Assembly: GCA_051251855.1 (NCBI GenBank) | Contig: JBPOGI010000004.1 | Span: 160,001 to 224,000, forward strand | Direction of reading: 5' to 3' | Length of the DNA stretch: 64,000 nt | Source of the DNA: Roseibacillus sp. | GTDB taxonomy: Bacteria > Verrucomicrobiota > Verrucomicrobiia > Verrucomicrobiales > Akkermansiaceae | Part shown: positions 49,403-59,000 of the stretch, piece after piece | Numbering within the stretch: the stretch's first letter is position 1 | Layout: each line of letters opens with the position of its first letter | Notes under the pieces: model-generated | Database searches by the model: none | Told to the model about the DNA's origin: nothing | The model's input: only the letters and a program-made list of their open reading frames with translations | Translations under genes and position numbers: made by a program

Positions 49403-52399
49403 GTGCTTTCCACTTTGACCTCACTTTCGCTTCTCCCGCTCACCAAGCAGCTTCGCAACCTGCTTTCCATCTCGCTTGTCTTCATCTCCAGCGCTAACGC
49501 CGAGATCGACTTCAACCGCGACATCCAGCCCCTTCTCTCTGAGAACTGCTTCTATTGCCACGGCACCGACCCCGAACACCGCGAAGCCGACCTACGCCTC
49601 GACCTCCGCGAAGAAGCCATCAACGGTGGAGCCATCGCCCCCGGCGACCCCGCCAAATCCGAGATGCTCACCCGCATGCGCCTCGCACCCGACGACGAGG
49701 ACCTCATGCCTCCCAAAAAATCCCACCGCTCCCTCACCGACGAGCAAATTAATCTCATCGAAACCTGGATCAGCGAAGGAGCCGAATACGCCGACCACTG
49801 GTCCTTCACCTCCCTCCCCGAGCCCACCGGAACGTCTATCGACGAAATCGTCACCACCCAGCTTTCCCAAAAAGACCTTGCTCTCAAACCCCAGACCGAA
49901 CCTCACACTCTTCTCCGTCGCCTCACCCTCGACCTCACCGGTCTTCCACCCACCCCCGAAGAAATCGAAGCCTTCGACCCCACCCAAATCGAAGCCACCA
50001 TCGACCGCCTCCTCGCCAGCACCCGCTTTGGCGAACACATGGCCACCCCGTGGCTGGATATCGCCCGCTACGCCGACACCTACGGTTTCCAACAGGACAA
50101 AGACCGCTTCGTCTGGCCCTACCGCGACTACGTCATCGAAACCTTCAACAAGAACAAGCCCTTCGACCGCTTCATCCACGAGCAACTCGCCGGCGACCTC
50201 CTCCCCGACTCCGATCACGAGAGCCGTCTCGCCACCGCCTTCTCTCGTCTCCACCAACAAAAGGTCGAAGGCGGCTCCGTCGAAGAAGAATTCCGAGTCG
50301 AATACGTCGCCGACCGACTCCAAACCTACGGCACCGCCTTCCTTGGTCTCACCATGGAATGCTCCCGCTGCCACGACCACAAATACGACCCCACCACCGC
50401 CAAAGACTACTTCTCACTCTTCGCCTTCTTCGATGATGTCGACGAAGCCGGGCTCTACTCCTACTTCAACCCCGAGGCCGTCCCCACTCCCACCCTCCCC
50501 CTCCTCTCTGAGCAGGAAAAAACCAACCTCGCGGCTCTGGAATCCACTGTAAAAAACGCCGAGACAAAGCTCCAACAAGTCACCTCCGATCACAAACTCC
50601 CTAAACTCTTCACTCCCCTCCAAAATCAGCTCCTCTACCTCGACTTTGACGACCCGAATACCGTCGGAGCCAATTCCTCCGTCCCCGGAAAAAACGAAAA
50701 CGCCATTCAGCTTACCGGCGATGATGCCGTCGCCACCGAGGTCGGCGATTTCCCACGCGAACAACCCTTCACTGTTTCCGCTTGGATACAAACGCCCGAC
50801 ATCAAGGAACGCGCCGTCATCTTTTCTCGCTCCAAAGCGTGGACTGATGCCGCCTCCCGAGGCTACGAACTCCTCCTCATCGACAACCAGCTTCAATGGT
50901 CCCTCGTTCACTACTGGCCCGGCAATGCCATCTCGGTAAAAACCGAACAATCTCTCGAACCCAACCAATGGTATCATGTCACCGTCACCAACGACGGCTC
51001 TTCTCGAGCAGCGGGGCTCAAAGTCTTCATCAATAGCCAAAACGCCCCCACCGAAGTCATTCGCGACCAACTCACCAAACCCATCAAAGGAGGCGGCAAC
51101 CCTCACATCCGCATCGGCGAGCGCATGCGTGACCGCGGCTTCAAAGGAGGCCTCGTCGATGACTTCCAAGTCTTCGACCGCCTCCTATCCCCCCAAGAAA
51201 TCAAACTTCTCCATCAACTTGCTGACATTGTCCCTGATGCCGAAACCAACCTCATCCTGAGCGAAGAATATCAAGCCGCCCTCACCGAACTCCAAACCGC
51301 CCGCACCGCCTTCTACCGAGCTCAAAACGCCGTCGTCGAAATCATGACCATGGTGGAACTCCCCGAGCCCAAGCAAGCCTACATCCTCAACCGAGGCGAA
51401 TACAGCAATCGCGGCGAGCCCGTCGACCCCGCCTTCCCGGCCTTTCTTCCCACCCTCGGTTTCGAAGCCCCCGAAGGCAAAGTCATGAACCGCCTCGACC
51501 TCGCCCGCTGGACCACCCATCCCGACAACCCCCTCACCGCACGCGTCAACGTCAACCGGGTCTGGCAATCCTTCTTCGGTCGCGGCCTCGTCGCCACCTC
51601 CGAAGACTTTGGCATCCAAGGCGAATACCCCGAATACCTCGACCTCCTCAACGAACTCTCCGCGCGCTTCATCGCCTCCGGCTGGGACTTCAAAGCCCTC
51701 GTCAAAGAGGTCGTCTCCTCTCAGGTCTACCAACAACAGTCCCTCGCCAGCCCCGCCGAACTCGAAGCCGACCCCGACAACCGCCTTCTCGCTCGCGGCC
51801 CTCGCCATCGCCTCACCGCCGAGGTCATTCGCGACCAAGCCCTCTTCACCTCCGGACTACTCGTCGAAAAAATAGGAGGACCTCCCGTCAAACCCTACGA
51901 CCTTTCCGAGTCCTTCAAACCCAACGAGCCCGACACCGGCCAAAACCTCTACCGCCGTTCTCTCTACACCTACTGGCGACGCACCGCCCCCTCCCCCGCC
52001 ATGATGGCCTTCGATGCCGGCAAGCGTGACGTCTGCTCCGCCAAGCGCGACACCACCTCCACCCCGCTGCAAGCCCTCGTCCTCCTCAACGGAACCCAAT
52101 TCGTCGAAGCCGCCCGCCACCTCGCCGAAAAAGCGATCACCGAAGAACCCGACATCACCAAGCGAGTCGCCCAAACCTTCTTCACCCTCACCTCTCGTCA
52201 ACCCGATGATGCCGAAGTCACCATTCTCACCCAACTCTACCACGAACAACTTGCCCACTACCAAGAACATCCCGAAGAAGCAAAAACCTTCCTCAGCCAA
52301 GGCCAAGCCCAGCCCAAAGAAGCGACCCCCGAACTCGCGGCCTTCACTGCCCTGACCCAAGCCCTGATGAACTTGCACGAAGTCAACATCAAGCCCTAG
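49403..52399 (+). CDS. PSD1/planctomycete cytochrome c protein (PSCyt1 + DUF1549 + LamG-like + DUF1553)
   Basis: FNRDIQPLLSENCFYCHG, WLDIARYADT, ECSRCHDHKYDP, LamG-like WYHVTVT, NPLTARV, RRSLY and TPLQAL motifs. Start codon uncertain (49355-49415). Confidence 0.9.
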   Translation: MLSTLTSLSLLPLTKQLRNLLSISLVFISSANAEIDFNRDIQPLLSENCFYCHGTDPEHREADLRLDLREEAINGGAIAPGDPAKSEMLTRMRLAPDDEDLMPPKKSHRSLTDEQINLIETWISEGAEYADHWSFTSLPEPTGTSIDEIVTTQLSQKDLALKPQTEPHTLLRRLTLDLTGLPPTPEEIEAFDPTQIEATIDRLLASTRFGEHMATPWLDIARYADTYGFQQDKDRFVWPYRDYVIETFNKNKPFDRFIHEQLAGDLLPDSDHESRLATAFSRLHQQKVEGGSVEEEFRVEYVADRLQTYGTAFLGLTMECSRCHDHKYDPTTAKDYFSLFAFFDDVDEAGLYSYFNPEAVPTPTLPLLSEQEKTNLAALESTVKNAETKLQQVTSDHKLPKLFTPLQNQLLYLDFDDPNTVGANSSVPGKNENAIQLTGDDAVATEVGDFPREQPFTVSAWIQTPDIKERAVIFSRSKAWTDAASRGYELLLIDNQLQWSLVHYWPGNAISVKTEQSLEPNQWYHVTVTNDGSSRAAGLKVFINSQNAPTEVIRDQLTKPIKGGGNPHIRIGERMRDRGFKGGLVDDFQVFDRLLSPQEIKLLHQLADIVPDAETNLILSEEYQAALTELQTARTAFYRAQNAVVEIMTMVELPEPKQAYILNRGEYSNRGEPVDPAFPAFLPTLGFEAPEGKVMNRLDLARWTTHPDNPLTARVNVNRVWQSFFGRGLVATSEDFGIQGEYPEYLDLLNELSARFIASGWDFKALVKEVVSSQVYQQQSLASPAELEADPDNRLLARGPRHRLTAEVIRDQALFTSGLLVEKIGGPPVKPYDLSESFKPNEPDTGQNLYRRSLYTYWRRTAPSPAMMAFDAGKRDVCSAKRDTTSTPLQALVLLNGTQFVEAARHLAEKAITEEPDITKRVAQTFFTLTSRQPDDAEVTILTQLYHEQLAHYQEHPEEAKTFLSQGQAQPKEATPELAAFTALTQALMNLHEVNIKP

Positions 52400-52409
52400 C
52401 CAGTCAACA

Positions 52410-52510
52410 GGAGCGTGGCTTTGCAAGCCGCCTCAACGAATCGTCAGAATTAGCTCACCCACCAACCACCTTCCAAACATCAACCTCAGCGGCTTAAAAA
52501 GCCACTCTCC
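52410..52510. repeat. REPIN-like pair of GGAG-led inverted REP copies
   Basis: GGAGCGTGGCTTTGCAAGCCGC (52410-52431) matches the reverse complement of 52489-52510 at 19/22 positions. Confidence 0.65.
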
Positions 52511-52515
52511 CGATT

Positions 52516-53949
52516 ATGAACCGTCGCGAACTCATCCAAACTTCCACCATGGGCTTTGGCAGCCTTGCGCTCAACTCCATGTTGGCCGCCGAGAACAAGC
52601 CCGACCAACTCCCGCACCTCGTCGCCAAGGCCAAGCGGGTCATCTTTCTTTGCCAAGCCGGCGGGCCCTCCCAAGTCGACCTCCTCGACCCCAAGCCCCT
52701 CCTCAACAAGCTCCATGGCCAGCAACTCCCCGACTCCGTGCGCGGCGGACAACGCCTCACCGGAATGTCCGGCAATCAGTCCTCCATCCCCCTCGCTGGC
52801 TCGCCCTTCAAGTTCTCCCAACACGGTGAGTCCGGACAATGGTTCTCCGAAATCCTTCCCTACACCGCCAAAATCGCAGACGACATCTGTGTAGTGAAAA
52901 ACATGTACACCGAGGCCATCAACCACGGCCCCGGCGTCACCTACCTCCAAACCGGCTCCCAAATCGCAGGCCGTCCCTCCATGGGAGCGTGGATGCAATA
53001 CGGACTTGGCACTACCAACGAAGACCTCCCCGCCTTCGTGGTCCTCGTCACCAAAAACAAAAACGGCCAACCCCTCGTCTCGCGGCTCTGGGGCTCAGGC
53101 TTCCTTCCCTCCGAGTATCAAGGCATCCGTTTTCGCTCCGGCAAAGACCCCGTCCTCTACCTCAACAATCCCGAGGGCGTTTCCCCCAAGGCTCGCCGCC
53201 AACTCCTCGACCGTCTCGCCGACCTCCACGCCCATCAACACGCCGTCGCGGAAGAACAAGCCATCATGGACCGCATCAAGCAGTATGAAATGGCCTTCAA
53301 TATGCAATCCAGCGTGCCCGAAGTCGCCAACGTCAGCGACGAACCCGACTCCACCTTCGACCTCTACGGCAAAGACTCACGCAACCCCGGAACCTTTGCC
53401 GCCAACTGCTTGTTAGCTCGCCGCCTCGCCGAACGCGGAGTCAAATTCATCCAACTTTATCACCAAGGCTGGGACCAACACAACAACGTCAAAGGCGGGC
53501 TCACCAACCAATGCCGCGAGACCGACCAACCCTCTGCCGCTCTCGTGCAAGACCTCAAACAACGAGGAATGCTCGAGGACACCCTCGTCGTCTGGGGCGG
53601 CGAATTCGGCCGCACCAACTACTCCCAAGGCAAGCTCAATGGCGACAACTTCGGCCGCGACCACCATCCTCGTTGCTTCTCCATGTGGATGGCTGGCGGT
53701 GGCATCAAGGGCGGCGTCTCCCACGGTCAAACCGACGACTACGGCTACAACATCGTCAACGCTGACGGCGTCCCCATCTCACCCACCAAGCATCACTACA
53801 CCGAAGACGCCGTTCACATCCACGACCTGCAAGCTACCATGCTACACCTCCTCGGCATCGACCACACCGCTCTCACCTACAAATTCCAAGGCCGCCGCTT
53901 CCGCCTCACCGACGTCCACGGCGACATCGTCAAACCTATCCTCGCTTAG
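52516..53949 (+). CDS. DUF1501 domain protein (Tat-exported)
   Basis: NRRELI Tat motif, AKRVIFL..AGGPSQVD, CLLARRLAERGV, GWDQH, GEFGRT, GRDHH and RLTDVHG motifs. Confidence 0.93.
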   Translation: MNRRELIQTSTMGFGSLALNSMLAAENKPDQLPHLVAKAKRVIFLCQAGGPSQVDLLDPKPLLNKLHGQQLPDSVRGGQRLTGMSGNQSSIPLAGSPFKFSQHGESGQWFSEILPYTAKIADDICVVKNMYTEAINHGPGVTYLQTGSQIAGRPSMGAWMQYGLGTTNEDLPAFVVLVTKNKNGQPLVSRLWGSGFLPSEYQGIRFRSGKDPVLYLNNPEGVSPKARRQLLDRLADLHAHQHAVAEEQAIMDRIKQYEMAFNMQSSVPEVANVSDEPDSTFDLYGKDSRNPGTFAANCLLARRLAERGVKFIQLYHQGWDQHNNVKGGLTNQCRETDQPSAALVQDLKQRGMLEDTLVVWGGEFGRTNYSQGKLNGDNFGRDHHPRCFSMWMAGGGIKGGVSHGQTDDYGYNIVNADGVPISPTKHHYTEDAVHIHDLQATMLHLLGIDHTALTYKFQGRRFRLTDVHGDIVKPILA

Positions 53950-53972
53950 AAACGAAGCAGGCCCCTTCTCCG

Positions 53973-54944
53973 TCAGAGTGCCTCGGCCATTCCCTTCCCA
54001 ATCAAGTAGTAGGTCTCCCAATTGCGCATCCAGTGATAGCCTTGTTTGGAAGGCGACTCCCCTACACTTCGCTGAAAGTCACGCGTCTCCACTCCAAAGA
54101 CATTCCCCGCAAACTCGGGATACTTCTTCCCATCGCTCAAGGCTAACTGCGCGGTCATCAGCTTTTCCACCCGCTTCTTGTAGCTGCCAGAAATATCCCA
54201 TCCCCCCATCCCGGTATTTGCGATCACGAACGGCAGGGCCTCATCCCCCAAATCCTTCCGCATATCCTTCACGAAGTTCACCATATTCTTCTCATAAGCA
54301 TCCACCGCATCCGCATTGATGCGATCATTCCACCCTTGATGCCAACCAAAGCCCACTAACTCAAATTCTTCACCAGAGTGTTCAGGAAAATAGGTCTTCA
54401 AGTTGTTCGTTACCTCTCCCACATGCGCCACCACCTGCGCATAGTGAAATCCCTTGTCGCCATCCTTTTTCGGCTCGGGATAATCAGCTGAACTTGGAGA
54501 AAGAAAGTCGTTGAAAAGCGAACGTCCACCCCAAGCGGACTTAATGAGCAAGACCGGATCCTCAAACCGATCTCCCATCACAAATCCAAAACCAAACTCA
54601 GGCCCAATATGGTCCGCCTTCGCGCCATAGCCCGTCGTCAACCACCCTTGCCGCAAATCTTCCTTGTTCGATAAATCGACAATCCAGACATCGTCCCGCA
54701 CGACAGGTTCACCGCTCTTATCCACCAAATGGCCATAATCATCCGGCTTGGACTTCACATAGTGCTCCATCGTGCCCTTCTCTCCCTTCACTTGCCCAAA
54801 GCCCACCATATTGGACTGCCCGGCCAGTACGAAAACCTTCAGCTTGCCGTTAGCAGGGACAGTTCCTGTTACGGAAGAGTCCTCAGCAAACGAGCTCAAC
54901 GGCAAGAAAAACAGAAGAACAGCCAGCGTTTTGAGATTCATCAC
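53973..54944 (-). CDS. Sialate O-acetylesterase (SASA/CE6-like SGNH hydrolase)
   Basis: Signal peptide, LAGQSNM, GPEFGFG, KSAWGG, WHQGWND and YHW motifs. Confidence 0.85.
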   Translation of the reverse strand: MMNLKTLAVLLFFLPLSSFAEDSSVTGTVPANGKLKVFVLAGQSNMVGFGQVKGEKGTMEHYVKSKPDDYGHLVDKSGEPVVRDDVWIVDLSNKEDLRQGWLTTGYGAKADHIGPEFGFGFVMGDRFEDPVLLIKSAWGGRSLFNDFLSPSSADYPEPKKDGDKGFHYAQVVAHVGEVTNNLKTYFPEHSGEEFELVGFGWHQGWNDRINADAVDAYEKNMVNFVKDMRKDLGDEALPFVIANTGMGGWDISGSYKKRVEKLMTAQLALSDGKKYPEFAGNVFGVETRDFQRSVGESPSKQGYHWMRNWETYYLIGKGMAEAL

Positions 54945-55003
54945 CTAAGCAAACTGCCAAGAGCTGCCATTTGTTACAGAATTCTCACTCACCGCCGACA
55001 CAC

Positions 55004-55831
55004 CTACTCGAACAACTCCACCCGAATCAGCACGAAGAGATTTTCAGTAGGGGCCAAGTCCTTCTTCCTATCTGGGGCAAGTCTTTCGAGAGCCGGTTGC
55101 AGATCGGAAGAAAGCCCCCCGATAGCGAGATACTGCCCGCTTTTCATCGTGACCGTCGAAGCTAGCTTTTTGACGTCAAAGAGCGGCATTTCAATCCGAT
55201 TTTCGGTCACTACCACGTCCACCGGATTCCCGAAAAGACCTTTCGCAGGAGCCGTGATGGGAGAACCGTAATTGATGAAACCAAAGAAAGAGGTCCGGCT
55301 CACATCGAACGAAAAGTCAATACTGTCACCAACCTTGCGTCCTTTGAAGCTTGCCTCAAAACCGACATTTCGAGTCTCAAAGCTCTTTGGACTCGATGGC
55401 GTCACCGGAAAGAAGCCTTCATGATCTTCCTTCTTCTCCGGCAACGAGGGCGGATCATATTCCGTCGGGTAAGTGAGCTCACGAATGAGCTCCACTTTAC
55501 CGGACTCGTTATTCCGACAGGTCAGCGTGGGCGTCGAAGTCAGCTCGAAACCACGGCGCGAACTCAGTTGCTTGACCAACTTGGCCCCCTCAGCCTCCGA
55601 AAATACGCCCGCCACGTGAGCCCCTTTGGCATCCTCCAAAACCTGATATCCTTTGGGAGCAGTGAAGAGATAGCTTTGAAACCTCAAGGCAGTCCCCTGA
55701 ATTTTGACCGGAGGAGTTTCTCTTCTCGGCTCAGCCACTTCATCTTTCGTTGATGAACAAGCGCTGAAAACCAAGAGAACCCCTGAAAAAACCAGCATTT
55801 TCCGGAGCCATTGCTTATTTTTCCCATTCAT
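55004..55831 (-). CDS. Lipoprotein resembling only the C-terminal secretin domain (Amuc_1098-like type II/III secretion family)
   Basis: Lipobox FSAC; RELTYPTEYDPP, PVTPSSP..FETRNVG, GFINYGSPI, ENRIEMP and LAIGGL motifs. Confidence 0.65.
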   Translation of the reverse strand: MNGKNKQWLRKMLVFSGVLLVFSACSSTKDEVAEPRRETPPVKIQGTALRFQSYLFTAPKGYQVLEDAKGAHVAGVFSEAEGAKLVKQLSSRRGFELTSTPTLTCRNNESGKVELIRELTYPTEYDPPSLPEKKEDHEGFFPVTPSSPKSFETRNVGFEASFKGRKVGDSIDFSFDVSRTSFFGFINYGSPITAPAKGLFGNPVDVVVTENRIEMPLFDVKKLASTVTMKSGQYLAIGGLSSDLQPALERLAPDRKKDLAPTENLFVLIRVELFE

Positions 55832-56033
55832 ACGATCTCTTGTCGCAGGGCCGACCACAGCCGTCAAGGACGTGAAAATAAGAGCGCTCCGCCCTAAATC
55901 ACGTGAATTTCAACTTTCAAGATAAGTTAATGATAGTTAGGGTCTTCATCAGCTGGCTACAATTCCGTTGTTTCCTTTTGCTCAAAAAAAACCGAAAAGG
56001 GTGGTTGCTCTTTTTTTCTCAACTCGCTCGCTT

Positions 56034-59000
56034 ATGAATCCGAATTCTTTCATCCAAGACCGAGGGGCTCTCGGAGGAATCCTACTCCTCTCGACTCTCT
56101 CCTCGCTAGCGGTGGATCTCGATTCCGATGGCTTGTCCGATCTATGGCAACTGAACTATGGCGCGGAATCCGAGTCCGCCAATGGCGACCCTGATGGCGA
56201 TGGCTACACCAACGCCGAAGAGTCTAGCGCCGGAACTGATCCATTTTCTGCCAACAGTTTTCCCGATCTTGGACCTTTTCAAATGGACACCAGCGGGAAT
56301 CCGATCTTCTTCACTTTCCCTACAGAGGCAGGCAAATTTTACCAACTGTCTCAATCGACCGATCTGCTCAATTTCCAAACCTTTGGCCCCACTATCGCTG
56401 GCGATGGCTCCGAGCAATCCGTCACCCTCAAGGACACCGAAGCATCCACTCGCGATGGACACGTGCAGCAGAGCTTCTGGTCCAACTTCGCAGGCACCCA
56501 AGTCAGCGACCTCGCTAACCTTCCCAACTTCCCCGCACAATCCGACGGACAAAATGAACTTACTCAGTTCGAGACTCAACGCGTGCAAGGCAGTGGATTC
56601 GGCAGTCGCCTGCAAGCACTCATCACTCCACCCGAGACCGGCAGCTACACCTTCGCTCTCTCCTCAGGTAGCCCCGCAAAGGCCTTTCTGAGCACCGACA
56701 CTGATTCGAACAACTTCGTAGACCTATCAGAAGTCTTCTTAGCTCAAGCAGATATTCTTCCCAATGAATGGGACCGCTACTCTTCCCAACGCTCAACACC
56801 GATTCTCCTCACTGCTGGTGAAAGCTACCTGCTCGAGGTCCAGCTGCTCTCGCTCACTGCCGAAAGCCACTGTCAGCTCGCATGGACGGGCCCCGGTATC
56901 ACCGATACCGCCATCATCACCTCGGAGCACCTCGCCCCACTTGAACTCCTTCCCGCGCCAAGCACCACACAAGACCTGCTCGTCCACGACTACGACACGA
57001 CCACCACCACTCTTTGGCCTAGCAATACCGAAATCGTGGACGCTCCCGAGGGCATGAATGGCAATGCCGAAAAGTTCAATGACGACCCCGGCAATCTCGC
57101 AGCCGAGACCCTCCTTCTCCCTCAATCCAGCAGCGACCATCTCTATGCGACTTGGCAGTTCCGCATGAGCCCCGGCCATGACGACGTCCACTTCTACTTC
57201 CAAGGCCCTGACAGTTCCGAAGAAGGCCCACGCGTTAATCTGGAGGAGCGCAATAGTTTCTCTACCGTCGCCGTGCGGACTGGCGGCACCTACGGAGTGC
57301 GCCAAATCGATGTCGAATTCGACACCACCTACCGAGTCGAACTCGTTGCTTCTCTCGACACTCCCTTCACTTACCAAGAAGGACTCTCCACTCGCACCGT
57401 CTCTCCCGACACTTTCGATATCTACATCACCGACACCAACGGTAAGCTCATTGGCAGCGAGTTCGGTCTCACCTTTAAAGATGAAGGAGAAAATGTGGTG
57501 AGTATTTTTGACCGCGTGCGTGCAGCTTCCATCACCCTCCCGAACATCGTTGTCGACTCTTGGGAAATCACGGATGGAAAAATCGCAGGTTCCGGCATCC
57601 TCAACCGCAACATCTCTGACTTCACTCTCGATGCCGACGGCCAATTCTTTCGACTACATATCAACGATGGAGACCAAGACGCCGACGGCCTCTCCAACTG
57701 GGAGGAACTTCTCCTCGCTAAACACCAACCCTTTCTCTTCTTTGATGCCGAGACCACTTCTGGCACGACTGATGCCGCCGCTATTAGCTCTCTTCTCACC
57801 AACAATACCGGCACTCCCGTCATCTCACTCGCCGCTTCAGATACCGCCGCCTTCGAGGACAACAGCCCCAATACCAGTGAAGACCATGGTGCCATTCTCA
57901 TCACCCGCACCGGCACCCTCGCACCAGTCACCATCAATCTTTGCATCGCAGCTTTGGAAAATACGGGGAGCACGGCCACCGTTTGTGACGGCACCTGTTG
58001 CTCCCTGATTGGAAGCGCTGGCGACGAAGAAGCGGAAGTCGGCGACTACACCCTCCTTGACTCTGACGGCAACCTCATCACCGACACCGTCAGCTTTGCT
58101 CTAGGAGAAATGAGCAAGACCCTCACCGTGGTAGCGCTACCCGACAACATTAACGAATACCCCGAAACCCTCAACCTCGCCGTTGCTCCCAGTATCGATG
58201 CCAGCTATCAACTCTCCGAGACTCTCAACGGGGCCTCCATCCAACTCTTCGACCTCGCCGACAATCCAGCTAACAACGCCATCTTCACCGGCAGCTTCAG
58301 CCAAGACGGTAATGCGACCCTTTCCTCGTTAGGTTCTGGCTTCACCACCGCTATCCTCAACGGACCTCGTACTAAACTTTTTCTCACCAACGAATTCTCG
58401 AACCTCACTTCGGTGCAACAAGACTCCCACGTCCACAAGTCCAACCCAGGACCTACCCCTGGCGACATTATCTATTCTATCACCAACGAACCTGGTGCCG
58501 AATCCCAACCTCCTCCCGCCTCCGACCCCTACCTCGGCTTCCTCACAGATTATGAGTGGGACCTGACCGAATCCTCAGGCGCCGTTCCAACCTCTGGCGG
58601 GGCCGCCTCCAAGCAAACTATCATCGACTCTCTCTTCGCCCAAAACAGCGAATCCCCCCTCTACCTCAACATCCACACCGTCGACAACCCTGCCGGCGAA
58701 ATTTGGGCCTTCCTCAATCTCACCGGCGGCTCCACTACCGACCCCGGCACCCCTACCGCAGCCGCCCTCGCTGGTTCAGCTGAATACCCGCAACTCTTCG
58801 ACGATGAGCTCGAAGCTGAAGTTCGACGCTTCCTCAACCAAGCCACCTTCGGTGCCACCGACGCTCAAGTCGCCGCCCTGGTCTCCACTGTTGAAACCGC
58901 TCGTGCCGCCGACTCAACTTATCATCGCGCTACCGCCTTCGAAGACTGGATTGACAACCAGATGGCCCTCCAACAGACCTACCTGTTAGATTACCACCTT

